From contig JADJVA010000020.1 of the NCBI GenBank assembly GCA_016716765.1, forward strand, positions 926,459 through 990,458: DNA of 64,000 nt, in the 5' to 3' direction. The notes beneath the pieces were generated by a model that searched no databases, was not told the DNA's origin, and saw only the letters and a list, made by a program, of their open reading frames with translations. This document shows positions 56,184-63,571 of the stretch, in pieces. The first letter of the stretch is position 1. Every line of letters begins with the position of its first letter. A program made the position numbers and the translations under genes. This DNA is from Bdellovibrionales bacterium. GTDB taxonomy: Bacteria > Bdellovibrionota > Bdellovibrionia > Bdellovibrionales > UBA1609.

Positions 56184-57308
56184 TTAATAAGTGTAGGCCA
56201 TCGCAACGCGAGACATGAGGTTACCGGCATTCAATGTCCCACCGGCTGTCGTGAAACTGCCGTCGAGACGGAAGCCATTGAGTAGCACGGACATACCGCC
56301 CGCAACAGTCGCGGAATCCTCAATCGAGTTGGTGGTGGACGGAATTCCCGTCGTCTTATTCGTTTCATCATTGAGAAGCACCCCTTGAGTGACCGAACCA
56401 CGCAGCGACAACCATCTTTTCACTTGGCCTTCAACACCAAAACCAACCAACAGTTGAGTGGTTTCACGCTTACGCTTGACGGATTCCCCTTGTTCCAAAG
56501 ACTCACGCTCCAGTTGCGCGAAGCACATCAGAAACGCATGGCGGTTGCTCAATTCCTCCGTATGACTCGCGCCCACGGTCAACTCAAGTGCGCTTAAGTC
56601 CTGACTCGTGCCGCCGGCGACTTCATACCCAGAATCCTTTTTGCGGATTTGCCCCCAGATTCGGTATTTGTCGAGATTATAGATCGCACCTGCCTTCAAT
56701 CCCAACTTGCCTTTGTAGTCATCGTCATCAACCGCCGCCCCTTCTGCTTCATCAACCAAAGCCAGATGACCGTAAAACTCCCAATTTTCACCCAAAAGAA
56801 CACCCGCACGGAAACCAACAAAGGTCTCTGATTTTTCTACACTTGCGACGGTGGCTTCATCTTTGTTTTTTGAAAGAGTCGCTCCAAGGCCCCAGCGATT
56901 GGTCGTTTCCGACCCCATTCCCCAAGTAAAATCAAGAGTGTTATCAGGCATCAGGAACGTACCCGAAGCGGCAGAGCCGGCCAGATTTCGAAAGTAAATG
57001 GATTCATTATCCTCGTTACCGAGATAGATTGTGTATGGAAAAGAACCCTCATTTTCAAACCATCCGCCTTCTGCTTTCGGTGCAGTAACGGTATCGGTTT
57101 TACTGGCCCCTCCGTCATTGCCCCACTCGAGATTGATCCGTCGATCGATCTTATGAACATACGCCGGATTCAAAAAGATATTGCGCTCGTCTTTGATAAA
57201 GAAGGAGCCCATCGAATCTTGACTCAGAGCCTCGAGACGTGACTTGGTTGCAAAAGCCGGTGTTCCCCCGATGACTGCCGCGACCAACAAAAACCAAAAC
57301 TCCCACAT
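56184..57308 (-). CDS. Outer-membrane beta-barrel protein, paralog B
   Basis: Internal start MWEFWFLLVAAVIGGTPAFA, then TKSRLEALSQDSMGSFFIKDERNIFLNPAYV. C-terminal ...AGNLMSRVAMAYTY. Colinear with paralog A. Confidence 0.75.
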   Translation of the reverse strand: MWEFWFLLVAAVIGGTPAFATKSRLEALSQDSMGSFFIKDERNIFLNPAYVHKIDRRINLEWGNDGGASKTDTVTAPKAEGGWFENEGSFPYTIYLGNEDNESIYFRNLAGSAASGTFLMPDNTLDFTWGMGSETTNRWGLGATLSKNKDEATVASVEKSETFVGFRAGVLLGENWEFYGHLALVDEAEGAAVDDDDYKGKLGLKAGAIYNLDKYRIWGQIRKKDSGYEVAGGTSQDLSALELTVGASHTEELSNRHAFLMCFAQLERESLEQGESVKRKRETTQLLVGFGVEGQVKRWLSLRGSVTQGVLLNDETNKTTGIPSTTNSIEDSATVAGGMSVLLNGFRLDGSFTTAGGTLNAGNLMSRVAMAYTY

Positions 57309-57461
57309 GATTTCGTCCCTCCCGAAAACACGAACATTGATGTAATGAACAGGAGGATTAAACACTCGGACAGCAAAAGAGCAATTCAAAAAAGCTGGAG
57401 AAAAAATCAATATTTCTAAAAGCAGACTCCTCTGTTCTCACTCAATCACCCAGGCGAGACT

Positions 57462-57490
57462 CTGTCGGACTTATTTGGAAAGTCCGACAG
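57462..57490. other. Perfect 10-bp stem / 9-nt loop hairpin between the DUF333 gene and OMP paralog B
   Basis: CTGTCGGACT-tatttggaa-AGTCCGACAG. There is no flanking T-tract on either strand. Confidence 0.6.
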
Positions 57491-57568
57491 CAACTGGCAA
57501 CTAGCAAATGGTGAACGGTGAATGGTTTCGCCGCTCCGCCCCTCTAGCCATTGCGGAAATCAGCAGGT

Positions 57569-57955
57569 TTAGGGCCGGGTGACAACATCGATGACGCGAA
57601 AGAGCGCCCACTGGTTTACTACGCAGTAGCCAGCTGTTCCTTCAGGCGTCTCGATCATCCTGAGAGTGCCTGCGATATCGAGGCAATTAACTGCTGCCGG
57701 GTTGGGCATCCCGCCTGGGCCGTAATTGTGGTCCTTGACTAGCCCCCGCTCCAACATAGCATGGAAGAGTGTCCATTGCTCGATCACGCAGTTGGCGTTT
57801 TCTCCCTCTGGCGTAACGACAGACTCCAAGGCGCCGCCTAGTTGAATGCAATTGACCGCAGCCGGATTGGCCGGACCGATACTAGACCCACCGCCCGCAT
57901 GGGCTATGCCCTTCATTGAAGTAAGGATGAAAACTGACAGAATTAGTTTTTTCAT
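57569..57955 (-). CDS. Secreted protein with two tandem DUF333 (putative hemolysin-like) domains
   Basis: Signal peptide MKKLILSVFILTSMKGIAHA. Two copies of NPAAVNC..GG/AG.L......EG....CV..QW.LF. AGAGGGG SD. Confidence 0.65.
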   Translation of the reverse strand: MKKLILSVFILTSMKGIAHAGGGSSIGPANPAAVNCIQLGGALESVVTPEGENANCVIEQWTLFHAMLERGLVKDHNYGPGGMPNPAAVNCLDIAGTLRMIETPEGTAGYCVVNQWALFRVIDVVTRP

Positions 57956-58074
57956 TTTTGGTTCCCCTCTTTCTTCACTTGTTTTCGACCAATTCTTGTG
58001 AGAACTCAATTACCATGTTATCAAAATATGAAGGCTAAATTTGATAAAATATTAAATAGTAATGCAGACGAGTT

Positions 58075-58868
58075 ATGCAGATCTTTAGACACAAAACTTA
58101 CCATGCGATTCTTCAGGAATGGATTGCCCATGAAAAATCAAAGGGACCCCGGCTTCAGCTGGCACGAGCTGCAGGGTGTAGTCCGTCCTGGCTCACCCGG
58201 GTATTGGCCGATGAAGTTCAACTCACCCCGGACCAAGCTGCTGGGATCGCTGATTACTTGCATCTCACTGATGATGAAACGGACCCTTTCTGTTGCTTGT
58301 CGATCTGGAGCGGGCAGCAACGCCCTTGCTCAAGAGGTGGATCCAGCGCAAGCTGACGGAGCTTAGCCGCGAAAGCCGCAAACTGCGGAGTGCGCTTAAG
58401 GGCGAATCAGCAGTTTCACAAGAAAATGCGATCAAATATTATTCAAGTTGGATTTACGCAGGAGTCCACGTTGCTTGTATGATCAAAGTTCAGTCTCCCA
58501 GTGAAGTTGCAAAACTTTTGAATCTTTCTGAATCAAGGGTCGGGAGAGTCATCAAGGAACTGCGGGATATGGGACTTGTGAATTCTGAAAGTGAGGGATT
58601 TATAGCTGTTTCAAAGGGTGTGCACCTGCCGGCTGGTTCCGACCATGGCAATTCGGGTCACGCCATCTGGAGACAAAAAGTGATCCAGTATTTTCAGGAA
58701 GGGGGCGGGGAGGGCCTGCACTACTCCGGTGTCCACTGTCTCTCTCGGGCCGATATTGATCGTATTCAGGAGTTGCTAAAAAGCGCTGTGCTCAATTGCC
58801 GAGAAGTGATTAGGGATTCGCCATCAGAGACGCTAGCAGTGATGTGTGTTGATTGGTTTGAGTTGTGA
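58075..58868 (+). pseudogene. TIGR02147/DUF4423-like putative regulator, split by an apparent 1-nt frameshift
   Basis: The N-terminal frame (58075-58356) gives an HTH-like ...LARAAGCSPSWLTRVLADEVQLTPDQAAGIADYLHLTDDETDPF. Another frame continues FLLLVDLERAATPLLKRW... to 58868. The junction is at a CCC/TTT run (58284-58289). Confidence 0.6.
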
Positions 58869-58931
58869 TCCCTTAAGGTGGGAGGAAAGGAAGGCCATTG
58901 ACAGACACAAAGCCATCTCAATTTGACACGA

Positions 58932-58959
58932 TTGACAAATTCTCTTTCTCCTTTATAAT
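58932..58959 (+). promoter_or_regulatory. Consensus sigma70-type promoter TTGACA-16 nt-TATAAT upstream of arsR, followed by an imperfect inverted repeat
   Basis: TTGACA at 58932-58937 and TATAAT at 58954-58959. Downstream ACTTATTGG-ctaattaa-CCGATAAGG (7/9 complementary) is a plausible ArsR operator. Confidence 0.5.
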
Positions 58960-58992
58960 TAACTTATTGGCTAATTAACCGATAAGGTAATT

Positions 58993-59355
58993 ATGAGGCA
59001 AGGCGAGGATAAATTAAATCTGACTTTTATGGCTCTCTCAGATCCTACTCGTAGAGCAATATTAGCTCAATTGTCCAGAGGCGAAAGTACTGTGCAAGAG
59101 CTCTCCAAGCCATTTGATATTTCCGCTCCGGCAATAACCAAACATCTTAAAGTCCTCGAAAAGGCCGGGCTTATTTCCAGAAGTAAAGAGGCTCAATGGC
59201 GCCCGTGCCGTATAAAAGCCGAGGCACTTAAAGACGCCGCAGATTGGATTGGTAACTATAGAATATTTTGGGAAGAAAGTTTCGACAGACTTGATACTTA
59301 TTTAAAGAAATTAACAGGGAAGAAGAGGGGAAATAGAAATGGCCGCAAAAAATAA
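58993..59355 (+). CDS. ArsR/SmtB-family transcriptional regulator
   Basis: FMALSDPTRRAILAQLSRGESTVQELSKPFDISAPAITKHLKVLEKAGLI. Confidence 0.9.
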   Translation: MRQGEDKLNLTFMALSDPTRRAILAQLSRGESTVQELSKPFDISAPAITKHLKVLEKAGLISRSKEAQWRPCRIKAEALKDAADWIGNYRIFWEESFDRLDTYLKKLTGKKRGNRNGRKK

Positions 59356-60304
59356 ACCAAATGAACTCTATATCGAACGCATTTATGATGCTCCACTTAA
59401 GATGGTCTGGGAGGCTTGGGTTGACCCCAAACAAGTGGCTCAATGGTGGGGGCCGCGCGGGTTTACTCTGACCAGCCATAGTAAAGACGTGCGAACAGGC
59501 GGCCATTGGAACTACACAATGCATGGACCGGATGGGGTCGACTATCCCAACAAGACAAAATATCTTGAAGTCGAAAAATATTCTCGTATGGTTTATGATC
59601 ATGGTGGGAACGATGATCAGCCGCCCCTGTTTCGTGTGACTGTCAATTTTATTGATCTTAAAGGCAAAACCAGAATGGAAATGACTATGGCCCTAGCTAC
59701 AGCTGAAGCCGCATCTGAAACCAAGAAATTTATCAAAAAAGCTGGAGGAAATTCGACTTGGGACCGGCTTGCTGAATTCTTAGAAATGGAATCTACAAAT
59801 CAAGATGTTTTTGTGATCAATCAAACTTTTGATGCTCCATTAAACTTGATGTTTGAATTGTGGACCGACCCAAAGCACCTTGGTCTTTGGATGGGGCCAG
59901 CTGGTTCTAGAATAGATTATTTAAAAGCTGACATTAAACCTGGTGGAAGTGCCTTTTATTGCATGACAGGCGCCGGAGACACAAAGATATACGGAAAAGC
60001 AAACTATCTAGAAATTGTTAAACCCCATCAACTTGTCTATACCCAACATTTCTGCGACAAAAATGAAAAGATGGCTCGTCACCCAATGGCCCCTACTTGG
60101 CCTGAGGTCATGAAGACAATTGTTAAACTGGAGGCTGAAGGCCCTGATAAAACCCGTGTGACTGTCAAATCTTGGTACTTCTATTCATATTGTGGAAAGC
60201 AACGAGAATTGAGGTTTTGGCCAAGCTTGCCTATCGCAATTCGAAAGGCGCATCTTATTGCAATTTTCCTGATAGAAATGACATTTATGGGCTCATTTTT
60301 GTAA
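59339..60304 (+). CDS. Tandem SRPBCC (AHSA1/Aha1-like) domain protein
   Basis: Two copies of the ...R.(Y/F)DAPL..(V/M)(W/F)E.W.DP... start (ERIYDAPLKMVWEAWVDPKQ; NQTFDAPLNLMFELWTDPKH). The last ~40 aa look atypical (see findings). Confidence 0.7.
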   Translation: MAAKNKPNELYIERIYDAPLKMVWEAWVDPKQVAQWWGPRGFTLTSHSKDVRTGGHWNYTMHGPDGVDYPNKTKYLEVEKYSRMVYDHGGNDDQPPLFRVTVNFIDLKGKTRMEMTMALATAEAASETKKFIKKAGGNSTWDRLAEFLEMESTNQDVFVINQTFDAPLNLMFELWTDPKHLGLWMGPAGSRIDYLKADIKPGGSAFYCMTGAGDTKIYGKANYLEIVKPHQLVYTQHFCDKNEKMARHPMAPTWPEVMKTIVKLEAEGPDKTRVTVKSWYFYSYCGKQRELRFWPSLPIAIRKAHLIAIFLIEMTFMGSFL

Positions 60305-60423
60305 CACTTGACAATCATGAAGGATTACATAGTCATTCCATGATCTTCAAAAACCAACGTAATCTCGCTACTTAATCTCTGTCACCACTTTTGGTACTTC
60401 GCTTGCTTTGATATTCGATTACT

Positions 60424-60978
60424 ATGAAAAGAAAAAATATCTTATTAAAATATATCATAAGCATCTCAATCGCAATTTTTCAAGTTGGCTGTGGCAAAGA
60501 TCGCTCTAGTAGCACCTCAAACACAGGAACCACTACAGCATTCCAATGTTATTCAACATCTGGGACGGCAGTGACCAATAGCTCCTGTGCAAATACCACT
60601 GGATACTACTGTATTCAAACAAATGGTGGAACGACCGTATCAAACACTAATTGCTCCAGCAGTACATCGACGTATCAGTGCTACACGAGTACTGGTTCTT
60701 CAGTTGCAAACAGCTATTGCTCAAATTCGACAGGCTATTATTGTCTGTCGAATGGTGTTGCCGTCGCAAATAGTTATTGCGCGAGTAACTCCTCCACAAC
60801 AACAAATGGTGTGTGCGCTGGATTCTATTATTATTCTGGCGGGTATGTAGGTGGATATTATTATCCGGCCGGTCAGTATTACTGCAACCCAACATCAACT
60901 AATTACAATAATTGTTCCGGCGTAACGATGACAAGCATGAACTCGTCTACATACGGTCAAACTATGACGTGTCAGTAA
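60424..60978 (+). CDS. Cys/Tyr/Ser/Thr/Asn-rich lipoprotein with internal repeats
   Basis: Lipobox-like IFQVGC. Two ~42-aa modules QCY(S/T)..G..V.NS.C.N.TGYYC......V.N..C. Tyr/Gly-rich C-terminal part (GFYYYSGGYVGGYYYPAGQYYC). Confidence 0.6.
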   Translation: MKRKNILLKYIISISIAIFQVGCGKDRSSSTSNTGTTTAFQCYSTSGTAVTNSSCANTTGYYCIQTNGGTTVSNTNCSSSTSTYQCYTSTGSSVANSYCSNSTGYYCLSNGVAVANSYCASNSSTTTNGVCAGFYYYSGGYVGGYYYPAGQYYCNPTSTNYNNCSGVTMTSMNSSTYGQTMTCQ

Positions 60979-61267
60979 ATTGTAATCGTATCAAATTGAG
61001 ATAGTTCTTCTACCCAGATTGCCATGCCACATAATTCTAATCTTCGGAGTTTACGCAAGCCGTAAAGGCCATGAATGACCAGTCATTGAATGTCTTTAGG
61101 TCATCATGACTCAAAAGCAAGCCTATTTCGTTAAAGTCATTTTTCTATAAAAATATTTAGTTAGAAAGTCGGTTTTTTCCACAATTGCTCACAGTTTATG
61201 CTCGATGCTGTACATAAGGGAGCGAACTAAAATGTGCTCGAACTAATACGTACTATTGGAGAAAAAT

Positions 61268-61858
61268 ATGAAAATAAAAACACCCTTTGTCGCAAGCCTT
61301 CTAATTGGAGTGGTTTGCGCTCACGCAGAATCCCCCCGCCCAGAACTAAATCTAACCTCAGAACAGCGCAGTTGCCTAGAAGGCGAAATCGGCAAACCAG
61401 GTGAAGGCAGCCGCCCATCTAGAGAGCAAATGGAAGCGGCTTTCAACGCCTGCGAAGTACAAGCACCACAAGTTCCTCCTGGCGGCAGATTGAGGGGGCG
61501 TCAATTTACAGATCAGCAAAAAACCTGTCTTGAAGGAAAAATCGGTAAGCCTGGCGACCGAGGCAGCCGTCCTTCGAGAGAAAAAATGGAAGCCGCATTT
61601 AAATCTTGCGGAGTTCAACCGCCAAAACGACCTGTATTTTCGCGCGACCAATCTCTTAATTTTGATTCACTAAGCGAACGATTCGCAGCAGCAACTAATG
61701 ATGATGAAAAATCAGCAATCCGAGAATCTATGAGTATCCTATTTCAAGCGACATCCGATGAGACGAAAAGAGATCAGATTAGAGAGTTCCTAAAACAAAA
61801 CCCAGAAAATTGGATAACGCCAACAACTGAAAGACAGGCGTCGAGTGCAGTGAAATAA
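61268..61858 (+). CDS. Secreted protein with two copies of a Cys-pair module (CLEG.IGKPG..SRPSRE.MEAAF..C)
   Basis: Signal peptide MKIKTPFVASLLIGVVCAHA from the ATG at 61268 (GGAG upstream). The module repeats at aa ~33-67 and ~84-120 of the track ORF. Confidence 0.65.
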   Translation: MKIKTPFVASLLIGVVCAHAESPRPELNLTSEQRSCLEGEIGKPGEGSRPSREQMEAAFNACEVQAPQVPPGGRLRGRQFTDQQKTCLEGKIGKPGDRGSRPSREKMEAAFKSCGVQPPKRPVFSRDQSLNFDSLSERFAAATNDDEKSAIRESMSILFQATSDETKRDQIREFLKQNPENWITPTTERQASSAVK

Positions 61859-61902
61859 CAATTCCTCTGAAACTAAATGAAATTCGGAAGCGAGATGAAT
61901 AT

Positions 61903-63498
61903 ATGAGCCCTAATACAATGATTCAGAAATCTTTATTAATAACTGTGCTGGCACTTGGATCTGCCGCTTGGGCAGCGGGCGACTTTCCGCCTGGAGGCAT
62001 GAGAGGTGGCCCTCAACTTTCTAACACTCAAAAAACCTGTTTAGAAACCAAGATGGGAAAGCCTGGCGATGAAGGGAGTCGGCCTTCGAGAGAAAAAATG
62101 GAAAGTGTCTTCAAGGAATGTGGAGTAACTCCGCCTTCGTCAGGTATACCCAGACTTCCGAGCAGGACAAATCAAAATCTTGGTGACACTCAAAAGACTT
62201 CAGCGACAAAGATAGATCCTTCCGCCGTCATTTCTGAATTAAAGCCATTGCGTGGTGAAAACAATGATTATCTGCGACTTGATGGAAAAATTCCAAAAGC
62301 ATGCAAAGAAAAAATATCTATAAGGATGACCTGTGCGGATGAGGACAAGGTCTCATTCGCAATAAGTGAGCTAACCCAAGATGCCTTCGCCTGTTTGAAA
62401 GACAATCAAAAAAAATGCCAAGCCAAAAATTCTTCAGCGGAATGTATTTCATTTGATGAATTATCTAAGGACAGACAACTGCAAGGCAAGTTTACGTCCA
62501 AACTTGAGTTAAAAACGGCTAAGTCAGAATGTTCAAAAATTAAAATTCAATCTGCCAAAGTCACAATTCTCAAAAATTATTTCGATCCAAGTCTTGCGAA
62601 AACAGAGGCAGGCAAATGTACTGAGTGCCAATCGCAAAGTGGTCAATTTGAAAAGCTACAAGCTCAAGTTCAGGCGCTAAAGAACGTTGTTAATAAGCAG
62701 AACGAAACTCTCTCAAAAATGCCCGATCTTTCCAAGGGGCCTCCTGGCGGCAGAGATGATTTAGAAAGGAAATTTGCTGGTGGCCGACGCCCACCACGAG
62801 ATGAAGATATGGATGAAAATTTCGATGAGGATATGCCAAAGCGCCCTCGCAGAGAAGCTGGAGGAGATCGAGGCATGATGGGTGGCATGAATATGGGCAG
62901 AGCTAATGGCGGAATGAACGCTATGGGCATGGGCGGAATGTCGTCCATGATGGGTGGCTATGGTGGCGGAATGAATATGATGGGCATGGGCGGAATGTCG
63001 TCCATGATGGGCGGTTATGGTGGCGGAATGAATATGATGGGCATGGGCGGAATGTCGTCCATGATGGGCGGTTATGGTGGCGGAATGAATATGATGGGCT
63101 TGGGCGGAATGTCGTCCATGATGGGCGGTTATGGTGGCGGAATGAATATGATGGGCTTGGGCGGAATGTCGTCCATGATGGGCGGTTATGGTGGCGGAAT
63201 GAATATGATGGGCTTGGGCGGAATGTCGTCCATGATGGGCGGTTACAGTGGCGGAATGAATATGATGGGCTTGGGCGGAATGTCGTCCATGATGGGCGGT
63301 TACGGTGGCGGAATTGGAGGGATGTCACCGTACTCCAGCTACGGCAGCACAAATATTATGCCAATGGGTTGGATGGGCAGGATGAACAACAGGTCCTCTT
63401 ACATGGGTTACTCTGGTGGCTCCTCATATTTAGGTGGGTATGGTAATTTTAATTTATCGTTGCCTAGTTCTTACTCAACTTATTTTAGGGGTTATTGA
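61903..63498 (+). CDS. Secreted protein: one Cys-pair module, a Cys/Lys-rich middle, a charged linker, and a Gly/Met/Ser/Tyr-rich repetitive C-terminus
   Basis: Signal peptide ...LALGSAAWA. Module QKTCLETKMGKPGDEGSRPSREKMESVFKECG. Seven 19-aa units of G(M/L)GGMSSMMGGYGGGMNMM. Confidence 0.7.
   Translation: MSPNTMIQKSLLITVLALGSAAWAAGDFPPGGMRGGPQLSNTQKTCLETKMGKPGDEGSRPSREKMESVFKECGVTPPSSGIPRLPSRTNQNLGDTQKTSATKIDPSAVISELKPLRGENNDYLRLDGKIPKACKEKISIRMTCADEDKVSFAISELTQDAFACLKDNQKKCQAKNSSAECISFDELSKDRQLQGKFTSKLELKTAKSECSKIKIQSAKVTILKNYFDPSLAKTEAGKCTECQSQSGQFEKLQAQVQALKNVVNKQNETLSKMPDLSKGPPGGRDDLERKFAGGRRPPRDEDMDENFDEDMPKRPRREAGGDRGMMGGMNMGRANGGMNAMGMGGMSSMMGGYGGGMNMMGMGGMSSMMGGYGGGMNMMGMGGMSSMMGGYGGGMNMMGLGGMSSMMGGYGGGMNMMGLGGMSSMMGGYGGGMNMMGLGGMSSMMGGYSGGMNMMGLGGMSSMMGGYGGGIGGMSPYSSYGSTNIMPMGWMGRMNNRSSYMGYSGGSSYLGGYGNFNLSLPSSYSTYFRGY
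62926..63324 (+). repeat. Seven near-identical 57-bp tandem repeats, in frame within the CDS
   Basis: Unit GGCATGGGCGGAATGTCGTCCATGATGGGCGGTTATGGTGGCGGAATGAATATGATG. Copies differ by 0-3 nt (ATG/TTG, GGT/GGC, TAT/TAC, GGT/AGT). The last copy decays after ~45 nt. Confidence 0.9.
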
Positions 63499-63571
63499 GT
63501 AAGACCAAATTATTAATTTCAGGTTTGTTCTAAATATGGCGAAAAAATCGTTAAGAATAGGAATGCAATAT

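Noticed and set aside
61075-61115. Cluster of short GTCAT/ATGAC palindromes (AATGACCAGTCATT, GTCATCATGAC) upstream of the Cys-module genes
   Set aside because: The stems are only 5-6 bp and the sequences are easily produced by chance in AT-rich spacers. It lies 150 nt from the nearest start, and there is no second line of evidence.
62926-63324. The regular 57-bp repeats considered as a possible CRISPR array
   Set aside because: The repeats are directly tandem with no unique spacers, are in frame inside a CDS, and no cas genes are nearby.
62921-63352. 143-aa minus-strand ORF with the repeat RPSWTTFRPSPSYSFRHH
   Set aside because: It is the antisense shadow of the 57-bp tandem repeat, and the repeat unit happens to lack stops in that frame. 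The plus-strand frame is continuous with a signal-peptide-bearing gene.
53883-63500. Region downstream of tRNA-Arg(TCG) considered as a classical integrative island or prophage
   Set aside because: No integrase, recombinase, transposase or phage genes are visible. By eye I found no direct repeat of the tRNA 3' end downstream. Accessory character is suggested only by content (TA locus, pseudogenes, odd secreted proteins). A computational repeat search for the last 20-45 nt of the tRNA would be decisive.
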